Source: Malacoraja senta (lineage: Eukaryota). Taken from it: a stretch of 64,000 nucleotides of DNA. The stretch lies in assembly GCA_038087875.1 (NCBI GenBank), contig CM075992.1, forward strand, positions 12,278,001 through 12,342,000, in the 5' to 3' direction. Positions 25,397 through 37,355 of the stretch are shown here, one piece after another. Under the pieces are notes generated by a model. It had not been told where the DNA came from, did no database searches, and worked only from the letters and a program-made list of their open reading frames with translations. The position numbers were made by a program, and so were the translations under genes. How positions within the stretch are numbered: position 1 is the first letter of the stretch; the number at the start of each line of letters is the position of its first letter.

Positions 25397-25866
25397 ACAG
25401 CAATTGAATAATTTTCCAAGACTTTCAGGAAATTGGAAACCAACTTGAAGAATTCTGTTGAACTTATCTTGCAAAGCTTAAACAAACTCGTGGTGGAAAC
25501 ATCAGCAAATGAAACAATATCCTGTTGGGATAGAGACAGTGCTTTTATCACCACTTGATCAACCTTTAAGCACCTGTGAACATGCACTCTAACAATTCCT
25601 CTACACCACTCTATATCCTTCAATTTATTGCATACTCTCTTACTCATTTGCAATCATCTCCCTCCTTCCATCCAATGTACAAGCATAGAAATGCTGTTCA
25701 GTGTGGACTTGGTAGGTCGAAGGACCTGTGTCCATGCTGTATCTCTAGTCTAAAAAACAGGCACTATGGCCCAATTTGTTCATTCTGACCAAGTTGCCCC
25801 ATCGAAGCTAGTCCCATTAATGTACATTTGACCCATGTCCCTCTGAACCTTTCCAGAATGTGTATT

Positions 25867-26145
25867 CTACACCCCAGCGGAATGAACCATAACTTCTCTA
25901 ACTGCAGGTAGCCCTTGCTCTCTCTCCTTCCCCTCCCCTTCCCTGTCCTCCCACTGGTCCCACTGTCTCCACCCACTTCCTTTCTTTGTCCTATCTCCTC
26001 CCCTGACATCAGTCTGAAGAAGGGTCTCGACCCGAAACATCACCAATTACTTCTCTCCATAGATGCTGCCTCACCCTCTGAGTTTCTCCAGCATTTTGTG
26101 TCTACCTTCAATTTACCAGCATCTGCAATTCTTTCTTCAACAGCT
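25867..26145 (+). mobile_element. Penelope-like element 3' end / pseudo-LTR
   Basis: Encodes LHPSGMNHNFSNCR* (resembles the Penelope ORF C-terminal PxGxN motif), pyrimidine tract, then CTGAAGA...GAAA motif. Copy at ~57912-58190. Confidence 0.65.
26011..26044 (+). ncRNA. Minimal type-I hammerhead-ribozyme-like motif (probably degenerate)
   Basis: CTGAAGA-A-GGGTC-TC-GACCC-GAAA-CA-TC: core boxes with a perfect stem II. Confidence 0.55.
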
Positions 26146-26404
26146 GTGTAATTTGTTTTGTTCTACAGTAATGTAGGAACAATATGAAACCAACTGACAG
26201 GCTGGTCCTTTGTGAATTCTCCACATTGTGCAACTTCAATTATTTACTGTAAGAAAGGTGAAAGGTTTGGATTTGCAACCTCACAGAAATCTGAAGAAGG
26301 GCCCTGACCCAAAATGTCTTTCCATGTCTTCAGCAATACAGCCTGACCCACTGAGTTACTGCAGCACTTTACATCCATTTTGTAAACCAGATCCTTGTTT
26401 CTAC

Positions 26405-29400
26405 TGAAAAAGTTACTTTTATAACTACTAAACCAGGTTCGCTTCTCAATAAACAGACACCACACAAACTGTTTGGTAGACCAGTTCAAAACTTTACTTA
26501 ACATCGGCCGATGGAAGGGAGCGAGAATTCCAGCTAAGTGACCAATGTAGACACTCGACTGTCCTCGGTCCCCTTCTCTGAACAACAGAATTACATCGCA
26601 TTATATAGTGTTTCTTTGTCACATTAGCACATTCCACAGACATTAGTCATGGTCAGAGGTACAGGAAAAGGCATCACATCAAAGGCCTTTTGTTTACAGG
26701 TTATGATATACTAAAAACATTGGCCATTTGTTTTAGGTCATTTTATCTTCAAAGAGATCACCCTAGCTCTTTCGCTGTTTCCTCTCTGTCACTTGGTCCT
26801 TCATAAACATAGGCCATTTGTTTTATGGCATCTTATCTTTCCACTTCCCTGGATCCTCTCTCATCACTTCGCCCCTCCTAAACATTGGTCATTTGGTTTA
26901 CGGCATCTTACTTCAAAGATGTGACTAGCTGTTTCTCTCTTCCTTTATTGCCTCCTCCCCCATAAACATTGGTCATTTGGTTTATGGCATCTTACTTCAA
27001 AGATGTGACTAGCTGTTTCTTTCTCTGCCACTTCCTCACTTGGGAGACAATGTTATGGTATTTATTATCTCAATACCCCAAAACCCGAGGCAACTTAACT
27101 TGCCTTTCTGTATTATTCTACTGGAGAAAAGCCTGATTTGTGACTAAATATAAGCTGTAAGCTTTTCTTATATTTTTAACATAATTCAGCTTTATCATTC
27201 CATCCTTTTATCAAAATCTTGATAATAACTACAGTCCTTGCCGAGTACATACGAAAGACCATAAGCATCTCATCAGGCAAATTATCTCACTGTCTGTAGT
27301 CAGGGTATCTTTGCTGCATTTGTCATGTTTGACTCCAATCTTGTTTAAAAGGATGTGTGTACCATCCTTTAAACGTTGGTTAGTCCGTAAGTTTGCCATT
27401 CTGAAGAAAGTCCAGTCCATGTGGGCCACCCCAGAATAAAAGAGGGTCAATAGCTCCACAAACCGTTCACAGTCAATCAAATGTATCCAACGACGATGAT
27501 CTTCAATCTTCACAGCAGTTTATGTTGTTGATAGCACTTGGTTTTTCCTTTCAACACAATCTCAATTTCTTCTTGTCCCAGCACATGATCATTTTGTAGC
27601 CTTTATGGACTCGTCCCTGTGCTCACAGCTCCTCTAACCTGGGAATGCAGATCTGGCAAGACCTGGATTAATTGCTGTCCATACATAATTAGTTAATTGC
27701 CCAGGGCCTGTAGGTGGCTTCCCCCCACTCTCCAGGGGGTGGGCACAGCAGCCTTTCCTGAATCAATAAAAAAGTTGTAAATCCTGTTTCTCTAGCTGCA
27801 GTTGAATAACCCCAATCTACTCTGAAGAAGGGCTTCGGCCCAAAATGATGCCTATTTCCTTCGCTCCATAGATGCTGCCTCATCCCATGAGTTTCTCCAA
27901 CACTTTTGTCTACCTTTGATTTTCCAGCATCTGCAGTTCCTTCTTAAACACTTCTCTGTGAACTTATTCTTTAATCCGATTATATCTGAAGAGGCTCTCC
28001 CCACCTAAATATTAAATTCTCCAAATATGTTCTCTTCCCCAATCTACTTATCTTCTCACCTTTTATCCCTCATTATGAGATCCCTCAAACCCTTTTGTAA
28101 GCCATAAGACAATTGTACATGTACATTCATTTCCCTTACACAGCACATGCTTCAACACCTTTGTTCGTCTGCAGACCGTAATCTTGCTTCATTTGCATTT
28201 TAAAGGACAACTTCTGTTATCACATCAAAACAATCTTTCCCAAAAGAACTCACTCAGAATCAGTAATCAATAATACATTTTCTTTTTCTCTGTAATTTTG
28301 ACATTTCCAATCTCATTTAACACTTTAATTGGGATGAGTCTCTTTTTGAACTCGGCTCAAAAGATTTATAACAACCAACACATTTTATCATTTGAGTATA
28401 GCTCCACCCCCCATTCATGGCAGTGTCTTAAAGGAACACACCATAACCTGCCTGTTCATTTGCATTTTAAAGGACAAACTGTTCTTAAAGGGACACACAC
28501 CTTTGCTCATTGCTTCAAATTTCACACATTCCACATACAAAAAACATTGTTTTACAAGCAGTACATACACAAAAAAATTGTTTTACCAGCAGTATATAAT
28601 ATTTCATCTTCAAAGACGTCTCTTTGTAATTTACTTTCCCTTTTTCTGACAAGACTTCTGTTTACCAGAATCCTGGTTACCTAACCCTAATTGGACTTTG
28701 ATCCAGATCATGATTAGTCAGACTCCCCGTGACTTTTCAGTCTCCCTATCCTATCCTCATTTCTCCACCGAATTTGTCTTCATCCCCAATTTTTCTATAA
28801 CATAGTTGCTTGTCAGAAAAAGGATTCCCCCGGGGTAATTTTGTTTTGCAATGCCCCAAAGGCTCTTTCCACCATCCCAGATGCCTGTGGGTGATGTACA
28901 CAGTGAAATTGCTGTCGGATATAAAAATGTGTACATATTTCCTTATTAATAATGGCAATAAAATGGGGACCATTGTCCAAGCTTATGACAGTAGGTAGGC
29001 CAAACCTGGGAATAACTTCCCTTAACACCAATGTTACTGTAGTCTCAGCAGTATCATTAGTGGTTGGTAGAGCTTCAATCCACCTGCTAAATAAATCTAA
29101 AATAACTAAGCAATATTTATAACACTGGGCCCTTGGCATTTCAATAAAATCAATCTGTATGCATTCAAACGGTCGTGATGGCATTGGTGTCACCCCTGAG
29201 GGTATCCTAATTGGTTTGCCTGGATTATTTCGTTGGCAAATTTTACATTCAGAGGCCTGCTTCAGTGCCTCTTGCCGGATTTTTAGGTGCCACCACGTTT
29301 CCTTTATCATCCTTATCATTCCCTCCTTACCAGCATGGGTAAGTGAGTGAATATATGTTAGTAAAACAGGTAAAAATGCATCAGATACACCAACTTGTCC

Positions 29401-30312
29401 AAGCGGGGTGAGCCGAATCAATGGCACAGCCCTCTTGTTTCCATAGTTGTTTTGGGTTATCAGAGGCGTCCCTCTGTAATGTACATACTTCCCTCATGTT
29501 TGGCAGGACCGTTCTATTTGCTAGTATCTGTTTACCTGCTGTCACTAAGCATTTGTATGCATAGGCTGCTTGTTTGGCTACACTATCGGCAAATGCATTG
29601 CCTTTTGTTATAGGGTCCCCAGCACCAGTGTGTGCAGCACATTTAATAATGGTCAGCTGTTCTGGTAGCATCAATGCCTTAAGCAAATAACGCACAGAAA
29701 GGCATTCCCGTGCTCCCAATCCTGGGGAGCTTTGTAAGGTCAGAACTTCAAGGTATAAGGATATTACTGACGGAGCTGTCACAGGTAAGGATGCCATTGC
29801 TACTGGTAGGACGTAGGAGGTGGACATCTCCCAGGATTATCTAACTCCTCATCTTCACTACCAAACGGGGTCGTCGTGCCAGACATGAAGTCTCCTCCAG
29901 AGGATTTACCAGTACTGAGGTTATTTTTACTAACCATCACCTGTTTCTCACCTCCTGCCTGTCTCTTAATTATTTTCTCTTGTTCCTCTGCCCACTGGCA
30001 TTCTAGTTGCAATACTTTCCATCCTTTCATAGTGCCATCCTTATTTCGTAACTCTATCCCTTGTTTACATGCAGTATCCATCCAACTTCGATCTCTACTC
30101 TCCTCATGCTTCTTTTCCGCTTCTGCTTTCCACGTCTTAATTCCCTTCTTCCATTTCTTTCCTGCCTTCCTTTCCCATATCAACATTTCTGCTTTTTTAA
30201 TTGTCTCGACATTCCATGTGCCCCCTACTGGCGCGGCTTCATCCCCCAACCGTTTGGGCAACTTGTAACTTAACATTCTAAATTTCTTATTATACTTAGG
30301 ATTCAAATAACA
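26405..30312 (-). mobile_element. ERV-B copy in unit 1 (3' LTR 26405-27197 plus internal region, cut by the assembly gap)
   Basis: Near-identical to 58450-62357; PPT 27198-27209; integrase ORF 28813-29427. Confidence 0.92.
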
Positions 30313-30512
30313 NNNNNNNNNNNNNNNNNNNNNNNNNNNNNNNNNNNNNNNNNNNNNNNNNNNNNNNNNNNNNNNNNNNNNNNNNNNNNNNNNNNNNNNN
30401 NNNNNNNNNNNNNNNNNNNNNNNNNNNNNNNNNNNNNNNNNNNNNNNNNNNNNNNNNNNNNNNNNNNNNNNNNNNNNNNNNNNNNNNNNNNNNNNNNNNN
30501 NNNNNNNNNNNN
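30313..30512. other. Assembly gap (200 N)
   Basis: Run of n. Confidence 1.
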
Positions 30513-30674
30513 AAAAAACTTTATTGGCATGATACAAAAAACATTGTTATATTGCCAAAGTATGAAACATGACATACATATGAAACATGACATACATATT
30601 TAAGATGCATAAGTATAAATACAAGTATACAGTGCATAGATAGATATGTTCCTGTACATAAACTCGCAAGAGGC

Positions 30675-30676
<2 letters not shown>

Positions 30677-30720
<44 letters not shown>

Positions 30721-30745
30721 CCCCCCCCCCTCTCCCCCTCTCTCA
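30677..30745. repeat. (CT)n microsatellite and C-run
   Basis: Direct inspection. Confidence 0.95.
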
Positions 30746-31009
30746 CACACGGCTGGTGTGGACGTCGAGAAGCACCAGGCTATGTGGCCTCTCAGCATTT
30801 CAGGAGCAATTTCCTCCCAACACCAAGAAAAGCCTCAACTCTTGACCACAGACTTACCGGGAAATAGCAAATGACCTCAGTCATCGTTTGCGGAGAGCTG
30901 ACAGTGGGACGATTTTCAGTTCCACTTCCCGAAAGCCGGCGACTTTGTGTCATAACCACACGGACAAACAAAGTCAAAAATAGAACCTAGAACACAACAC
31001 ACATGTGTC

Positions 31010-31195
31010 AGCACGATGGCACAGCGGTAGAGTTGCTGCCTCACAGCGCCAGAGACCCGGGTTCCATCCTGTCTTTGGGTCCTGTCTGTACACAGTTTGT
31101 ACGTTCTCCCCGTGACCTGCATAGGTTGTCTCCGAGACCTTCGGTCTCCTCCCACACTCCAAATATGTGTAGGTTTGTAGGTTAATTGGTTTGTA
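31010..31195 (+). mobile_element. tRNA-derived SINE (V-SINE/HE1-like)
   Basis: A box TGGCACAGCGG, B-box-like GGTTCCATCC, TTCTCCCCGTGAC core. Confidence 0.75.
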
Positions 31196-31689
31196 AGTTC
31201 ATATTGTTCAGTGTATGCTTGGAATGCTGTATGGCAGAGTATTTATGGCAGATGATGTTTAACTCATTTCATTAACTTCATAACATTTGTGAATGTTCAG
31301 ATTGTTAGCAGGCGGCCATTTTATAGCACCTTAACATACAAGGAATAGGATTTGCAGTGGCATTAGATGGATTTAGGTATATTGTTTGTTATATATTTGC
31401 CCTATATGTTTCACTGTATTAGAAGATTTGTTTGTTTCTATCTAAATGTATATTTCTGCAAAGGAGAGTAATTTGTGTATCTTCCTTTTCCTTTATAGTT
31501 TTCACTCGTTTTTCAATGATAAGAATGTGACAGCACTGGAAAGTCATTAAACTTGAGAGCTGAGATGCTAACTTCCTGACTCACGTTTGATTATTGAATC
31601 GAGTTTGGCTGGCTGTCAATCTACGTACTACTGTTAACAATCATGTAGGGAGGACAGTTACACTGGGCAAGAGACTGTGCATCTACCAG

Positions 31690-32495
31690 ATATATTCCTC
31701 TAATGATCTTATTCACATCTATAAGATCACCCCTCATCCTCCTGCACTCCAAGGAATAGAGACCCAGCCTACTCAACCTCTCCCTATAGCTCACACGCTC
31801 TAGTCCTGGCAACATCCTCGTAAATCTCTCTGTACCCTTTCCAGCTTGACAAAATCTTTCCTATAACATGGTGCCCAGATCTGAACACAATATTCTAAAT
31901 GCGGCCTCGCCAACGTCTTATACAACTGCAACATGACCTCCCAACTTCTATACTCAATACTCTGACTGATGAAGGCCAAAGTGCCAAAAGTGTTTTTGAT
32001 CACCTTATCTACCTGCGACTCGACCTTCAAGGACCCATGCACCTGTACTCCTAGATCCCTCTGCCCTACAACACTACCCAGATGCCAACCATTCACTGTG
32101 TAGACCCTGCCCTTGTTCGACATCCCAAAATGCAACACCTCACATTTCTCTGTTTTAAATTCCATCAACTATTCCTCAGCCCACCTGGCCAATCGATCCA
32201 GATCCTGCTGCAATCGTTCACAACCATCTTCAAGACCAACCACTAATGTATCATCAGCAAACTTGCTAATCTTGCCCTGTATGTTCACATCCAAATCATT
32301 CATGTAGATGACAAACAGTAACGGGCCCAGCATCGAACCCTGAGGCACACCACTAGTCACAGGCCTCCAGTCCGAGAAGCAACCTTCCACCATCACCCTC
32401 TGCTTCCTTCCATGGAGCCAATTTTCTATCCATTCGGCTAACTCTCCTTGGATCCCATGCGATCTAACCTTCCATAGCAACCTACCATGCTGAAC
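31690..32495 (-). mobile_element. CR1 LINE RT fragment
   Basis: SGVPQGSMLGPLLFVIYMND, KFADDT, RPHLEYCVQIWAP, RRMRGDLI. Confidence 0.92.
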
Positions 32496-32508
32496 CTCAC
32501 AACTATAG

Positions 32509-32830
32509 GGTGGCACGGTGGCACAGCGGTAGATTTGTTGCCTCACAGCACTAGAGACCCTGGTTCAATCCTGACCTCGGGTGCTGTCTGGATGGATTTT
32601 GTTTGTTCTCCCTGTGACCACGTGGGTTTCTCTGGGTGCTCCGGCTTCCTCCCACATCCCAAAGATGTACAGGCTTGTAGGTTAATTGACCCTCTGTAAA
32701 TTGCCCTCTAGTGTGTAGGGAGTGGATGAGAAAGTTGGATAACATAGAATTGGTGTGAACGGGTGGTCGATGGACGGCATGTACTCGGTGGGCCGAAGGG
32801 CCTGGTTCCCCACTGTATCTCTAAACTAAA
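32509..32830 (+). mobile_element. tRNA-derived SINE (V-SINE/HE1-like) with CR1-like tail
   Basis: A box TGGCACAGCGG, B box GGTTCAATCC, GGGCCGAAGGGCCTG...CTAAACTAAA tail. Confidence 0.8.
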
Positions 32831-35718
32831 CATAGAACTAGTGTGCTAGACGCTAAGTGCTGGAGTAACTCAACGGGTCAGGCAGCATCTCTGGAGAAAA
32901 AGGATGGATGATGTTTCAGGTCGTGACCTTTGGAACCAGGTTGGTAAGCCATCCATAGTGTGGCATGATATATGAGGTATGTACGGATGTCAAGGATTTA
33001 TGGGGAGAAGGCAGGAGAATGGGCTTGAGAGGGAAAGATATGCCATGATTGAATGGCGGAGTAGACTTGATGGGCCAATGGTAAGGTTTGTAGGTTGATT
33101 GGCTTCTGTAAATTGTTCCCAAGTGGGTAGGATAGAAATTAATGTGCGGGGATCGCTGGGTGGCTTGGACTCAGTGGGCCGAAGGACCTGTTTCCACGTT
33201 GTATCTCTAAACTAAAAACTAAAATGAACTGACTGACTCTGGGCTTTTTTTTGTTACAAACCTTGATTGCAAATAATAAGCTTAAGAATAAATGGAACCA
33301 CTGGAATTATTTAAAGGAATGAGCAACTTGTTCTTCTTTCTTAGTTCACTATTTCACTGACAGAAATGCAAACATAGGCAGAATGTGACTGCCAACAGAT
33401 TTGAACTGAATGTGACAGACATCATGTGGTCATCAAAGACGGGCAAGGCAACTTCCCATGAATGGAGAGCAGTCGTGCAGACTGGAGACTCAGAGAGGCT
33501 GGAAGAGACCGAGAGAGACGGGGAGACTGAGAGAGACGGGGAGACTGATGAGACGGGGGAGACTGGAAGACGAGGAGACTGAGAGTGACGGGGAGACCGA
33601 GAGAGGGGAAGAAACTGGGAGAGACAAGGAGAGACGAGGAGAGATGAGGAAAGACTGGGAGTGACTGGGAGAGACGAGGAGAGACTGAGAGAGACGGAGA
33701 GAAACTGGGAGAGATGAGGAAAGACTGGGAGAGACTGGGAGAGACGAGGAGAGACTGAGAGAAAGGGTGAAACTGGGAGAGACGAGGAAAGACTGGGAGA
33801 GTCTGGAAGAGAAGAGGAGAGACTGGGAGAGACGGGGAGATTGAGAGAGGCTGAGACAGAGAGGCGGTGAGACTGGGAGAGATTGTGAGAGGTTGGGAGA
33901 CTGGGAGACCGAGAGAGATTGGGACCCTGAGAGACTTTGAGTGAGAGAGATGGGGAGAGGCTTTGAGACTGAAAGACTGAGAGACTGAGAGAGACCGAGG
34001 GTTTTCGGAATGAAGTGGGTTTACTGGCTTCATCTCCTCATTAAGTCTACTCTGCTCAACACCTATAATTGCTTGAATGTCTGTGGAAAATTCTAACGAT
34101 AAAATTTGGTTCCGTACGAGAATATTCACCCGGCTAATCTTTTCCAGACACAAGGAACTGCAGATACTGGTTTGCAAGTTCGATCATGACCTCAGGTGCT
34201 GTCTGTATGTGGGACTTGCAGGATCGCCCTGTGACCAGGTGGGTTTCTGATAATTGTTCGTTTCCAAGCTTCCCCCCAGTCTAATTTCAGTAAAAATACT
34301 GAATCAAGCACTTGAATCAACTACATTTTATTTTACCAAAAGTGCATCACAGATCACACACTGTACCTATCCCATCGCGGGTTTGATCCCTGCGTCTATA
34401 TGTTCAAGCCCTCTAAGCGTCGCGCAGACAGAGGCACTCCAGAAGGGTACACGGTCCTGAGCGCTCTTCCAGAAGATCGACCCTGAGCCTTGTGACCACG
34501 GACTTTTATATGCATCGCGATCTCGAGGGCCGAACCACACGGGGGTTGTCTCTTAATCACCCAATTACAAACATCTATTAACCCCATACATAATGTGCAT
34601 TTCCCTGACCCAATGATACAACAGTTCAATACATTGTATTCACAATGGACTTTGAGATGAAGTCAACTTGGAAACATTTACCCTGATTACCAGAACCCTC
34701 AGACAAGGCTCAACACCCCATCCAATCAACACTTAGCAGAGTCAGACTCTGCAACATTATTTACAAGATATTTACAAGGTGTATGTCTGGTTTGCAGCCA
34801 TCCAATCCATTCTATGCATTCAGTACCAGATTGACAGGGATGGCAAGGCTTCCCATTCTTTGCTTGCAAATTGTATCTAAGTTCCAGACTCCCTGGCACC
34901 TCTCGAAGCCTGTCCCAGCTCTGCAGACAGCAATTCCAAATTGACCAAATCTCCCAGCAAACCCTGAAACTTAACCACATTTTGAAGTCCTGGCTGGTCC
35001 AAGTTAGCCAGGATTAACATTGTGGCTCAGTGATCAGCTAACCAGATATACATAAGTGTGCTTTACATTTCCCATCCATCAGTAACACAAGATGATGTTG
35101 TTTCTTCTCAGAATCTTGTAAAGCGTCCCGGGTTTTCATGGGCATGACTTCACAAGTCCTGTCTGAGGAGTCTCCACCTCCCGGGTTTTCATGGGCATGA
35201 CTTCACAAGTCCTGTCTGAGGAGTCTCCACCTCCCGAGTTTTCATGGGCATGACTTCACAAGTCCTGTCTGAGGAGTCTCCACCTCCCGAGTTTTCATGG
35301 ATGCAAACTCCCTCCATCTGTGTTCCTGCCCAGTCTTCCTTCACCTTCCACAGTCGAACCTAAACCCCAGAAAACATCCTAAGAAGCTTGGGACAAAGCA
35401 AGTTACCATCATGCACTCATGCTTTCACACACATTCGCTATTTCTATTTCACTTGAACCTAGCTCTATTCTATTATCTATTGAACCTACTATATTGTATT
35501 CCTATCTGTTCCCTAACTTACTCTTTATTATTCTAGGATCAACACAGAATATCCTTCTTCATCCTCACACGGTGTTATACTATGTATATCTGATGACAAG
35601 AAATCATATAAATTTCAGCTGGGTTCAGTCTACATTCCACTAAAGGCGTGACTTTAATTTGAAGCAAACCATGATAAATGTTCCCATTTAACCAAATTCA
35701 GTCTCAGCCTTCAATTTA

Positions 35719-36323
35719 AGGCTCTGTCTTACCTGTTTACGGTCATCGGCGGTGAAGCGCGGCGGCGCCGGTAGAGAGGACCGCGCGGCAACGGCGAGAG
35801 CGTCGAGCCTATCCACCGGAGCGCCGCACGGATGTTGTGCGGGGGCCGAGTTAATTCAAACACGGCGGGTCCCACGTGCTTGCGGTAAGTAAAATAAAGG
35901 GCGGGCCGACTGCGATGACGTCGGCCCGCCGCACGTGACTCACGAGCGGCGGCTGTGGCGGCGGCCATCCTGATCGTGGCGCTGTAGCGGTGGCTGTGCC
36001 TGCGGCCGTGCAGCACACGTGCCTCGCTGGCGGCGGCATGTGCCTCACTGGCGGAGGCTGTGGCAGTGGAGGTTTGACGCACGGCGCTCGAGCCACACTG
36101 GCGGCGGCCCGTGCGGGCGGCCGTGCCGCACTCGTGCATCACTGGTGGAGGTTGTGCGGTGAGTATATAGTTTTCGACATTGTTGATTTTATTTTAGCAC
36201 CGTGCGGTGTTGGGAACACCGCCGCACGGCCCCGGAATTGTAGGTTCTCACGAGTGCGCGGTCTATGGCGGCAGATTCTTCCCGTTTCACTGCCAATGAC
36301 CGCAGACTCGTGAGACAGGCCTT
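35719..36323. mobile_element. PIF/Harbinger-type MITE (unit 2 only)
   Basis: TTA TSD at 35716-35718 and 36324-36326; single TTA at the empty site in unit 1 (CAATTTACTATT, ~2538-2549). Confidence 0.9.
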
Positions 36324-37355
36324 TTACTATTTTGAATTTCAATGCCCATTTAGAAACATAGAAACATACAAAATAGGTGCAGGAGGAGGCCATTCGGCCC
36401 TTCGATCCAGCACCGCCATTCATTGTGATCATGGCTGATCATCCCCTATCAATAACCCGTGCCTGCCTTCTCCACATATCCCTTGACTCCACTAGCCCCT
36501 AGAGCTCTATCTAACTCTCTCTTAAATCCATCCAGTGACTTGGCCTCCACTGCCCTCTGTGGCAGGGAATTCCATAAATTCACAACTCTCTGTATTTCTC
36601 AGTTCCTCCCTGGTCAGAGATGTGGTTTCTACCAAGCCGCATCTTCACCCCCTCTTCGCGGCCTACCAATGGGACTGGAACAGCGTTTCCTGCCGGGACC
36701 TGCCAGAACCTCAGCTTCGGCGGCAGCAGAGCGCTGAAGCACCATCGCGGAGCGGGCGATGCCTTACCCAGGTCGCTGTGTGGTAAGCTCCGGAGTGCTG
36801 AGACCACCGACTCCAACATCGCGGAGCTGTGGTTGCGGTGCGGTTGCGGCGCTGACTGCAAGATCGCGGAGCCTGGGATCTTTCGCCGAGTGTCGGAGCT
36901 CCGACCAGCGCGGCCTGTGGACTTCGGGAGCCGCGGTCTCCGGGGAGGAAGCGGCTGTTCCAGACACTCCAAGCTGCTGAGAGCGTTCTCCCGACATCGG
37001 AGCTCCATCATCCAGCGAGAGGGCCTGAAACATCGGGCCGCCGTCGCGGCGACCGCGGAGGCTTCAATAGGCCCGACCATGGGTGAACAAGAGGAAGAGG
37101 ACTGGACTTTGTTGCCCTCCCTCACATTGTGGGGGGATGTTTTTATGTTCAATGTTAAATTCTTTAATGTTGTGTTTTATTTATATTTGTGTGCTGCAAA
37201 TGGCAACTCAAGTTTTACTACACCAATTGGTGTATGTGACCATAAAAATGTCCTTGCCTTGCACCCTGCTTGAAATGGTACGAGACTGCATTTGAATTTG
37301 GTGGCCTTGCACACTGCTTGAAATGGTACGAGACTGCATTTGAATTTGGTGGCCT

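Noticed and set aside
24424..25403. Ala/Arg-rich ORFs of 100-196 aa on both strands
   Set aside because: Chance ORFs across the GC-rich MITE, DIRS gag start and 48-bp repeats.
26405..27197. Solo LTR
   Set aside because: Adjacent PPT and internal region show it is a 3' LTR; the partner lies in or beyond the gap.
31010..31085. tRNA gene
   Set aside because: Degenerate tRNA-like head that continues into a SINE body.
35719..36323. Displaced DIRS gag fragment
   Set aside because: TIRs, TTA TSD and an empty site show it is an independent MITE.
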